64,000 bases of DNA from Haliotis rufescens (taxonomy: Eukaryota): positions 5,828,001 to 5,892,000 of the forward strand of contig NW_025963968.1 of assembly GCF_023055435.1 (NCBI RefSeq), read 5' to 3'. A program made the position numbers and the translations under genes. The notes beneath the pieces were generated by a model, which saw only the letters and a list, made by a program, of their open reading frames with translations, was not told the DNA's origin and ran no database searches. The number at the start of each line of letters is the position of its first letter. Position 1 is the first letter of the stretch. Below, piece by piece: positions 1-10,600 of this stretch.

Positions 1-119
1 TTTTCAATTTATCTTTTCTTGTAAACCGACTGTGGAGTCTAATATCGCTTGTATACTTGATGTATTCACGTGTCATGTTCTTCAGCATCCTTATATTATT
101 GTGTATTAAGTACCTTTCC

Positions 120-760
120 GTTAGAGATCGCCCCTTGGAAACAGCGGAAGGTCCGGGCTTCGATCCTTGGCCACGTCAAACCAAAATACACAAAAAAGAT
201 GATACTTGTTGTTACCCTGTCTGGCGCTCGGCATTAAGGGGCTAAAGCAAGGACTGGTCGGCTCAGAGTCAGTATAATGTGTCTGAGTGTGGTATTCATG
301 TCAAGGGACGACCGGGTAGCCTGGTGGTTAAAGCTCATAAGAAATATCCATTGTGCGATTCAGACTACATCATAGGCATATCTTTATGGATCACTATCAG
401 AAGTGATGATACCAGGTGTTCGCCCTAGGATGTGCAGGGGCGGTCGGGTAGCCCAGTGGTTAAAACGTTCGCTCGTCACGCCGAAGGCCCGGGTTCGATT
501 TCCGACATGGGTACAATGTGTGAATCCCATTTCTGATGTTCCCCGCCGTGATATTGCTGGAATATTGCTAAAAGCGGCGTAAAACCATATTCACTCACTC
601 ACTATTCATGTTAAACTGCGGCAATGCCAGTGGGCTAGCACTATAAAATCGGCATTAGTCCGGACTAGTACAAGCAAATACACAGAAACACACACGTGCA
701 TACATGTCACTATATGAGTGCAATAATTTTGAAAGCGACATTAAACCCCATTTTACCTCA
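120..760 (+). mobile_element. Old tRNA-derived SINE (mollusc Meta/RUDI-like body) in intron 1 of A1; copies ~5290-5930, ~14660-14910 (-), ~22750-23010 (-)
   Basis: Degenerate B-box (GGGCTTCGATCC; GGTTCGATCCC in A4 copy) followed by GCATTAAGGGGCTAAAGCAAGGACTGGTCGGCTCAGAGTCAGTATAATGTGTCTGAGTG; a dispersed copy also lies at ~29810-30015. Confidence 0.6.
305..602 (+). mobile_element. Nested insertion ending in short tRNA-SINE family 1 (437..602); same in A2 (5475..5772)
   Basis: A-box TAGCCCAGTGG, B-box GGTTCGATTTCC, tail ATATTGCTAAAAGCGGCGTAAAACCATA(CTCA)n; flanked by TSD TATTCATGT(C/T)AA. Confidence 0.8.
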
Positions 761-1034
761 CCACCTGTTCGGGAGATGTAAATATCTGTGTGCGAATGTG
801 TCATTTGTTAGCTTTCATAAAATCTCAGTCAGTCAATGTAAATAGTAAACTCTGAACCAAAGCAAATATAATAGTCGCCTAACCATAACTACACCTCAAC
901 GTGTGTTGTCATTATGTTTGTTGATATAACTTGCATTAAATATTACTTTTCAATATACTATATCATCTTGCATTTAACATTAATGTTCGTTATACATTCA
1001 CTTTTACAGAACAGAAATTACAACCACCCGAATC

Positions 1035-1894
1035 ATGAGGACGGCTATAATTCTACCTGCTGCCATCCTGGCCTGTTTGTGTGTCATAAGTGATGCCCGT
1101 TACATTCGTAAGTATTGAAGTCAATCGCATCGTCATACTCATTACCCGGAGCAAAAAAATATGAAATTTATTGATGTCCCTCTGAGTCGTTTAACTACTC
1201 ATTACCTCTAGCAAATATTGGGTATTCTTCCTTATTCCTGACTGTTGACCTCCTATCATCAGTGTGTTTTAACAATGATTCGTTGATGGAAATCGTTATG
1301 ATTTTATTGTCTCCATCCTTCTGGACTTTCATGGGCCATACACACTATCATGCATACCTCTGAGGAACTGACGGCAGAGGACCAATATAGCTGTTAAACC
1401 GTTGGCTGTTCAATCTCAAAACTTTGTTTCCGACATTGAAACAATGTGGGACACCCTTTCTTTTGTGATCGTAGAAGTCATGTTGCCGAAAACGCCATAC
1501 TCACTCACTCTAATACCTAGGCGATTTAATTCCAGGTGCCTCAGGATTGCAAGTGCAGCCCAGGACTGTCAAAGGGTATGCCAACCAACAACCAAGGGTG
1601 ATTATCATCAACCAAGACAAACCTAGGCAGGCTGCACGGGTACCTACTGCTGCACGATCTGGATACGCACCACGACACGGCAACGGATACAACAACTTCC
1701 TCAACGACTACCTCCTTGCTGATGCCCTTGATATCAACCATCCCGGTCTATTGCACGGCTTCAACCAGATTGCCTCCCCTTACGCCCCCTCCGCCCGTAC
1801 AGGTAGAAACAGCTACGACCCTCTCTACGCTGCGCTCATCTTGGACCAGCTTGACGCTCAGCCAATTGGAGCCAGCTCCGCCATCGTTGGTTAG
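1035..1894 (+). CDS. Family A secreted protein, copy A1 (143 aa); CDS join(1035..1107,1536..1894)
   Basis: ATG at 1035 follows acceptor ttttacAG (1008-1009). The 73-nt coding part reads MRTAIILPAAILACLCVISDARYI (signal-peptide-like). Donor GTAAGT 1108; acceptor ttccAG 1534-35 joins in phase 1 to ORF 1547..1894. AATAAA at 2003. Non-coding exon 1 would lie just upstream of the window. Confidence 0.9.
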
Positions 1895-2329
1895 ATGATG
1901 TGCTTTTAACGAAAAATGTTTTCTCGGAGTGACATGAGACGGATTTTTTTGAGTTTTGAGTTTTTGAGATTATGCTTTTGTGTCATGGTTTCTGTCTAAT
2001 GAAATAAAATGTTTAATTGATTACCTTGCATTCATTGTTATCGATTGTTCCACCACACTCACTGTATCGGTATGGTCTTGAATGTATGTATACATATGTA
2101 TATTTATATGGCACTACTTGTAAATGGGGTGAGAATATTAAAGAGAATTTCATCGCACCGAACACATCATACGAACATACACTACACACTATGAATCACA
2201 CAGCACATTACACATTATACATTATACATTAAGGTCATACACTACAAGTTAAGTCAAAGCACGTGATGCAGGGAAGACATATGTACATATGCTCACACTT
2301 ATAGACATAGATATGTTCAGTGCATTGGT

Positions 2330-2333
<4 letters not shown>

Positions 2334-2395
<62 letters not shown>

Positions 2396-2410
2396 AGATA
2401 TACATATAGA
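2334..2410. repeat. (TA)n/(TAGATA)n microsatellite
   Basis: Direct reading; much shorter in the A2 copy. Confidence 0.95.
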
Positions 2411-2746
2411 TATGCCTATATTTTATTGACATTAGTGATAAATACTTTTCAATGGAAGGATATTCGCAGTTATATATTTATAAACATAATGTGCATATTC
2501 TATTTTCTCTACTTACATTGTGCCATTGAGTTAAGCTTAAACCGAGGTTTTCAGGTAATGATGGTATGGTTCAATGATTTGTAACTATTTAAACATAAAT
2601 AATAATGATAATAATAATAATAATAATAATAATAATTCTATAATACTACATATAATTCATTACACACCATGCATTGCACTTATATAATTACACACCATGC
2701 ATTACACTTATATAATTACCCACTCTTAATCACACTACCGCACTCT

Positions 2747-4311
2747 AGTGGGCGGAGCTTATACGAGTGATCTGACAGGTCAATATGACGTCTTGATAAC
2801 ACACGCATTTCATTGGTTAATGCCTAACGGGTGACGTCATTTAAACACCCACCCACGTGGACCGTTTGACAACAAGGACGTAAGTTTTAAAAGTAATAAA
2901 TATCTATCAAACGATTCCAAGACTTTTCAACAAACGCGTAGGTCTTTGGTTTCAAAACCTTCACACCTTCATAAAATGATAGCGCGGAATGTCCACGATT
3001 TATCCAACGTACTCCAACACAGAACTTATAGATGTTCTCGTTCTGAGCTATATTCTAGATCTCTGGACCCGGTTGTATCAAAGCCTCATTAACTAATCGC
3101 TACATTAAACCCTAATGATACATTAAATGCTTAATGCACCATTAGTTAATGCATCATTAAAGTTTGATACAACCGGGTCCTGGACGAGAACGAAATACGT
3201 TTGTCGTGATGAATATGAGCAGTGTAATTGAACATAAAACATAATAAGTGTTACGGCATCAATCGTTATCCTGTGGTGTACGGTATATATGCAGTTTATA
3301 AATAACATTTCTCACAATATATACGGCAATCGGTGATTTCAACAGTGTTTTTCTTCGTTGTGTTCGTCTTGCCGCATCTAGAATCTGGATGACAATGATC
3401 GTGTAAAAAACCCTGGTAATGGTAAAAAATATTTTCAAAGTAGTTTTTTGTCGTTTCCGTGACATTTTTTTATTGCCCAGTAGCAATGTATTTTGGTCAA
3501 AGTCACACTTGTCCGATGAAGCGCCTCATGCCGAAGTAACTCGATCCGTGAAACTTGGCGGATCTCAGTGACCCAGATCCCTCTTGATTGGCATGCCAAG
3601 TGGCATTTGCATAAGGCCATCCATATTTTTTGTATGTGTTTCTCCCCTCAAGCCTCAACTAACCAGAGAGCGGGTGGACGAAATAAAATATATTACTTAT
3701 CAAAAAATGTCTTATTTTAAGTTATTTTAAGACATTTAAAAAAAAGGTTTAACACTTCGTACTAGAATCTAGTCTATGAATTAATTTATGATGTAGATCG
3801 ATTCGCTTTGCTTCGGAAACGAATTTTGAATAAACAACGGAACAAAGATAAAGTTGACCTGGTTCTTTTATGACGGTGCAATGGTAGATCTAGTAGTATT
3901 TCTTTTATTAGATCGGTGCGCAATTTTCCACAGCGGCAGCAAAATTGAGACACGAAGACATTATATTATTTCACGTCGGAATGGAGATAAAAATATTTTA
4001 AAAAATACGGACAGCCTCACAGACTTCGAAATGATGTTCAGATAAATGTTGACTGTTGAATGCAAATGACCAAAACTAAACAAATATCTGTAATTTTCGG
4101 ATTGAACTGATAGAATCGCTATGTCAATTTCGTATTTAAGTATCGTTACTGTTACATTAACCGAAACTGATGTTCTGCTGCTGTTCTGCCGTAAAAATAT
4201 ACAACACAATACACTTTGACCACAAATGCATTCATTTTTTAATGTGTCACATGTATACATGACCATGTGCTTTGCTATTTATAGCGCAACCGTAAATAAG
4301 CTCCGCCCACT
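2747..4311. mobile_element. Putative non-autonomous DNA element bounded by 16-bp perfect inverted repeats
   Basis: AGTGGGCGGAGCTTAT (2747-2762) and ATAAGCTCCGCCCACT (4296-4311); no transposase ORF visible. Confidence 0.45.
3066..3179. mobile_element. PIF/Harbinger-type MITE
   Basis: 17-bp TIR GACCCGGTTGTATCAAA / TTTGATACAACCGGGTC, 3-bp CTG TSD, largely palindromic interior. Confidence 0.7.
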
Positions 4312-5029
4312 GTGATTGATGCAGACGCCAAACACGATCGATTCGATTTTTTATGATAAAACTACAGAAAATTTATTGACTTATATCTTGATATGGATCC
4401 ATTTTTGGGATCCATGGTTTGTCATTCAAGTTGATACGAAGTTTGACGGTCAATGGTGATCTGGTTCCCGTATGGTTTTCAAAAGACTTCTCCCGACACT
4501 CGGTTGTGTTTACATTGTCAGTCATTGTTCGAAACTGAAACACCGCCACCTTGCGGGCTATTTATAGTCAGGGTGGGGCTTTAAACACTTTTCCATAAGT
4601 ATGAAAGTGACCATTTCAAGTTGGAAATCTTATAAAATTACATTCAGGAATCATTCATCAGCTGTATAGGATGTCAACATTAAAGCAATTCATTTTTTCA
4701 TCTTGTCACGGGTTGTTCTAGGCAAAACTATAGTTTTACACACTGTGCATTCCTTAAAATCTTTGTATGACAGGCATTCGTGTTAGTCACTGTCAATGAA
4801 TATGTAATTGTAGTTAAATCTATTGATGAACCTGTAATTGTTTTTGTCTAAATTCTGCCTCGGGATATTTTCATCTCGTTGATGGGTACAAGGAGGCTTG
4901 ATTTATGATGGACGTCTTGTTATATGTAAGAACATAGTAGCATTTCATACTTACATCACAGACGAATTTGACTGTCCAACCAATACAGGCATGGTATTGT
5001 CAGGGTAAGTTGCATGACAGTGACCACTG

Positions 5030-5113
5030 TGACGTCACTGTGTCACGATGCTCCCTGAAGGATGTCCGGCTGGCGTATAAAAGTATTCCTCATTTCTCTG
5101 GACACCATCATTC
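5030..5113 (+). promoter_or_regulatory. A2 core promoter: CRE palindrome TGACGTCA (5030), TCACGATG (5043), TATAAAA (5076), Inr-like TCATT (~5108)
   Basis: Motifs read directly. TATA-Inr spacing is about 32 bp, followed by a short exon with a GTGAG donor. The region is conserved in A3 and A4. Confidence 0.7.
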
Positions 5114-6204
5114 TCCAATTGTAGCCACAGAGCAGCAGCAACAGGTGAGCCAACTGTTTGTTATATTTTCTTTTCAATTTATCTTTTCTTGTAAACCGAC
5201 TGTGGAGTCTAATATCGCTTGTATACTTGATGTATTCACGTATCATGTTCTTCAGCATCCTTATATTATTGTGTATTAAGTACCTTTCCGTTAGAGATCG
5301 CCCCTTGGAAACAGCGGAAGGTCCGGGCTTCGATCCTTGGCCACGTCAAACCAAAATACACAAAAAAGATGATACTTGTTGTTACCCTGTCTGGCGCTCG
5401 GCATTAAAGGGCTAAAGCAAGGACTGGTCGGCTCAGAGTCAGTATACTGTGTCTGAGTGTGGTATTCATGTCAAGGGACGACCGGGTAGCCTGGTGGTTA
5501 AAGCTCATAAGAAATATCCATTGTGCGATTCAGACTACATCATAGGCATATCTTTATGGATCACTATCAGAAGTGATGATACCAGGTGTTCGCCCTAGGA
5601 TGTGCAGGGGCGGTCGGGTAGCCCAGTGGTTAAAACGTTCGCTCGTCACGCCGAAGGCCCGGGTTCGATTTCCGACATGGGTACAATGTGTGAATCCCAT
5701 TTCTGATGTTCCCCGCCGTGATATTGCTGGAATATTGCTAAAAGCGGCGTAAAACCATATTCACTCACTCACTATTCATGTTAAACTGCGGCAATGCCAG
5801 TGGGCTAGCACTATAAAATCGGCATTAGTCCGGACTAGTACAAGCAAATACACAGAAACACACACGTGCATACATGTCACTATATGAGTGCAATAATTTT
5901 GAAAGCGACATTAAACCCCATTTTACCTCACCACCTGTTCGGGAGATGTAAATATATGTGTGCGAATGTGTCATTTGTTAGCTTTCATAAAATCTCAGTC
6001 AGTCAATGTAAATAGTAAACTCTGAACCAAAGCAAATATAATAGTCGCCTAACCATAACTACACCTCAACGTGTGTTGTCATTATGTTTGTTGATATAAC
6101 TTGCATTAAATATTACTTTTCAATATACTATATCATCTTGCATTTAACATTATTGTTCGTTATACATTCACTTTTACAGAACAGAAATTACAACCACCCG
6201 AATC

Positions 6205-7064
6205 ATGAGGACGGCTATAATTCTACCTGCTGCCATCCTGGCCTGTTTGTGTGTCATAAGTGATGCCCGTTACATTCGTAAGTATTGAAGTCAATCGCAT
6301 CGTCATACTCATTACCCGGAGCAAAAAAATATGAAATTTATTGATGTCCCTCTGAGTCGTTTAACTACTCATTACCTCTAGCAAATATTGGGTATTCTTC
6401 CTTATTCCTGACTGTTGACCTCCTATCATCAGTGTGTTTTAACAATGATTCGTTGATGGAAATCGTTATGATTTTATTGTCTCCATCCTTCTGGACTTTC
6501 ATGGGCCATACACACCATCATGCATACCTCTGAGGAACTGACGGCAGAGGACCAATATAGCTGTTAAACCGTTGGCTGTTCAATCTCAAAACTTTGTTTC
6601 CGACATTGAAACAATGTGGGACACCCTTTCTTTTGTGATCGTAGAAGTCATGTTGCCGAAAACGCCATACTCACTCACTCTAATACCTAGGCGATTTAAT
6701 TCCAGGTGCCTCAGGATTGCAAGTGCAGCCCAGGACTGTCAAAGGGTATGCCAACCAACAACCCAGGGTGATTATCATCAACCAAGACAGACCTAGGCAG
6801 GCTGCACTGGTACCTACTGCTGCACGATCTGGATACGCACCACGACACGGCAACGGATACAACAACTTCCTCAACGACTACCTCCTTGCTGATGCCCTTG
6901 ATATCAACCATCCCGGTCTATTGCACGGCTTCAACCAGATTGCCTCCCCTTACGCCCCCTCCGCCCGTACAGGTAGAAACAGCTACGACCCTCTCTACGC
7001 TGCGCTCATCTTGGACCAGCTTGACGCTCAGCCAATTGGAGCCAGCTCCGCCATCGTTGGTTAG
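6205..7064 (+). CDS. Family A secreted protein, copy A2 (143 aa); join(6205..6277,6706..7064); non-coding exon 1 ~5108..5144
   Basis: Direct repeat of A1 offset by 5170 bp with the same splice sites. TATAAAA at 5076 and exon-1 donor CAG|GTGAGC at 5145. Differs from A1 by K>R, R>L and one silent change. Confidence 0.9.
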
Positions 7065-7624
7065 ATGATGTGCTTTTAACGAAACATGTTTTCTCGGAGT
7101 GACATGAGACGGAGTTTTTGAGTTTTGAGTTTTTGAGATTATGCTTTTGTGTCATGGTTTCTGTCTAATGAAATAAAATGTTTAATTGACTACCTTGCAT
7201 TCATTGTTATCGATTGTTCCACCACACTCACTGTATCGGTATGGTCTTGAATGTATGTATACATATGTATATTTATATCGCACTACTTGTAAATGGGGTG
7301 AGAATATTAAAGAGAATTTCATCGGATGGAACACATCATACAAACATACACTACACACTATGAATCACACAGCACATTACACATTATACATTATACATTA
7401 AGGTCATACACTACAAGTTAAGTCAATCTTACTCTCATAAATCAAAGCACGTGATGCAGGGAAGATATATGTACATATGCTCACACTTATAGACATAGAT
7501 ATGTTCAGTGCATTGGTATACATATATACATAGATATACATATAGATATGCCTATATTTTATTGACATTAGTGATAAATACTTTTCAATTGAAGGATATT
7601 CGCAGTAATATATTTATATACATA

Positions 7625-10600
7625 CCATACCATACACATACTTCATTACACACCATGCATTGCACTTAATTCATTACACACCCTGCATTACACATACTTC
7701 CTTACACACCATGCATTACACATACTTCCTTACACACCATGCATTACACATACTTCCTTACACACCATGCATTACACATACTTCCTTACACACCATGCAT
7801 TACACATACTTCCTTACACACCATGCATTACACATACTTCCTTATACACCATGCATTACACATACTTCCTTACACACCATGCATTACACATAATTCCTTA
7901 TACACCATCCATTACACATACTTCCTTATACACCATATAAGTCATTATGTGTAATGCATGGTGTGTAATGAATTTCGTGTAATGCATGGTGTGTAGTTAA
8001 TTATGTGTAATGCTTGGTGTGACATGAATTATATGTAATCCATGGTGTGTAATGAATTAAGTGTAATGCATGGTGTGTACTGAATTATGTGTAATGCACG
8101 GTGTGTAATGAATTATGTGGAATGCATGGTGTATAAGGAAGTATGTGAATGCTTTGTATATAATAAAGTATATGTAATCCATGGTGTGTAATGAAGTATG
8201 TGTAATGCATGGCGTGTAATGAATTATGTGTAATGCATGGTGTGTAGTGAATTAAGTTCAATGCATGGTGTGTAATGAATTATGTGTAATGCATGGTGTG
8301 TAATGAAGTATGTGTATGGCATGGTGTGTAATGAAATATGTGTAAATGCATGGTGTGTAATGAAGTATGTCCAGTGCATGGTGTGTAATGAATTATGTGT
8401 AATGCATGGTGTGTAATGAAATATGTGTATGGCATGGTGTGTAATGAATTATGTGTAATACATGGTGTGTAATAAAATATGTGTAATGCATGGCGTGTAA
8501 TTATATGAATGTTATGCATGGTGTTTAATGGTATAAGTGTAATGCATGGTTTTGTAGTGAATTATGTGTAATGCATGGTGGGTAATGAATTATGTGCAGT
8601 GCATGGTGTGTAATTATATGACTGTTATGCATGGTGTTTAATGATATAAGTGTAATGCATGGTGTGTAGTGAATTATGTGTTATGCATGGTGTTTAATGA
8701 TATAAGTGTAATGCATGGTGTGTAATGAATTATGTGCAGTGCATGGTGTGTAATGAATTATGTGTAATGCATGGTGTGTAATGAATTATGTGCAGTGCAT
8801 GATGTGTAATTATATGAATGTTATGCATGGTGTTTAATGATATAAGTGTAATGCATGGTGTGTAATGAATTATGTGTAATGCATGGTGTGTAATGAATTA
8901 TGTGTAATGCATGGTGTGTAGTGAATTATGTGTTATGCATGGTGTGTAATGAATTATGTGTAATGCATGGTGTGTAATGAATTATGTGTAATGCATGGTT
9001 TGTAATTATATAAGTGTTGTGCATTTGTGACACGTCATGCACTTCACATAATACAAAATGCACATTTCACCATACGCCAGATACCATATTTTACACATTA
9101 TGGACTACATGCCATGCATTAAACAGCATGTGCACCATGCACTACATTTCCCATCTCTCACAAACATTATCTTAACAGTTTTCCTGGAATGTGTATATAT
9201 AATATATATTACGTCAGAAGGTAAGTGATGTGTCAGTCGGACAGTGACAGCCAATATAGTTCCAACTGAAACCTTTTTCTTAGTTCACCAAAGGCTGATG
9301 GTTTGTTTGTTTGTTGTTTGACGCCGCACTCAACAATATTGCAGCTTTATGACGGCGGTGATCTAGTGTTTGACATCATTAGCATCGATCCACGCAGTTG
9401 GGATACGATGACATGCATCAACCAAGTCAGCGAGGCTGACCATCCGATCCCGTTAGTCGCCTCTTACGACAAGCATAGTCGCCTTTTACGGCAAGCATGG
9501 GTTCTGCCCCGCATCTTCATGGGTGCATGGTGTGTAATGCATTATGTGTAGTGCATGGTGTGTAATGAATTATGTGAAATGCATGGTGTATAATGAAGTA
9601 TGTGTAGTGCATGGTGTGTAATGAATAATGAGCAGTGCATGGTGTGTAGTGAATGTGTGATGCATGGTGTGTAATGAATTATGTGCAGTGCATGGTGTGT
9701 AATTATATGAATGTTATGCATGGTGTTTAATGATATAAGTGTAATGCATGGTGTGTAGTGAATTATGTGTTATGCATGGTGTGTAATGAATTATGTGTAA
9801 TGCATGGTGTGTAATGAATTATGTGTAATGCATGGTGTGTAATGAATTATGTGTAATGCATGGTGTGTAGTGAATTATGTGTTATGCATGGTGTGTAATG
9901 AATTATGTGTAATGCATGGTGTGTAATGAATTACGTGTAATGCATGGTGTGTAATGAATTATGTGTAATGCATGGTGTGTAGTGAATTATGTGTTATGCA
10001 TGGTGTGTAATGAATTATGTGTAATGCATGGTGTGTAATGAATTATGTGTAATGCATGGTGTGTAATTATATAAGTGTTGTGCATTTGTGACACGTCATG
10101 CACTTAACATTATACAAAATGCACATTCCACCATGCGCCAGATACCATATTTTACACATTATGGACTACATGCCATGCATTAAACAGCATGTGCACCATG
10201 CACTACATTTCCCATCTCTCACAAACATTATCTTAACAGTTTTCCTGGAATGTGTATATATAATATATATTACGTCAGAAGGTAAGTGATGTGTCAGTCG
10301 GACAGTGACAGCCAATATAGTTCCAACTGAAACCTTTTTCTTAGTTCACCAAAGGCTGATGGTTTGTTTGTTTGTTGTTTGACGCCGCACTCAACAATAT
10401 TGCAGCTTTATGACGGCGGTGATCTAGTGATTGACATCATTAGCATCGATCCACGCAGTTGGGATACGATGACATGCATCAACCAAGTCAGCGAGCCTGA
10501 CCATCCGATCCCGTAAGTCGCCTCTTACGACAAGCATAGTCGCCTTTTACGGCAAGCATGGGTTCTGCCCCGCATCTTCATGGGTGCATGGTGTGTAATG

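Noticed and set aside
437-510. tRNA-like sequences (also 33165-33237, 47060-47170 etc.)
   Set aside because: SINE heads: followed by a conserved body, (CTCA)n tails and TSDs, with no complete cloverleaf
4968-5279. ~100-157 aa ORF recurring upstream of A2, A3 and A4 (…SPIVATEQQQQVSQLF…)
   Set aside because: Spans the promoter, exon 1 and intron. Starts and ends differ between copies, and the similarity is explained by recent duplication.
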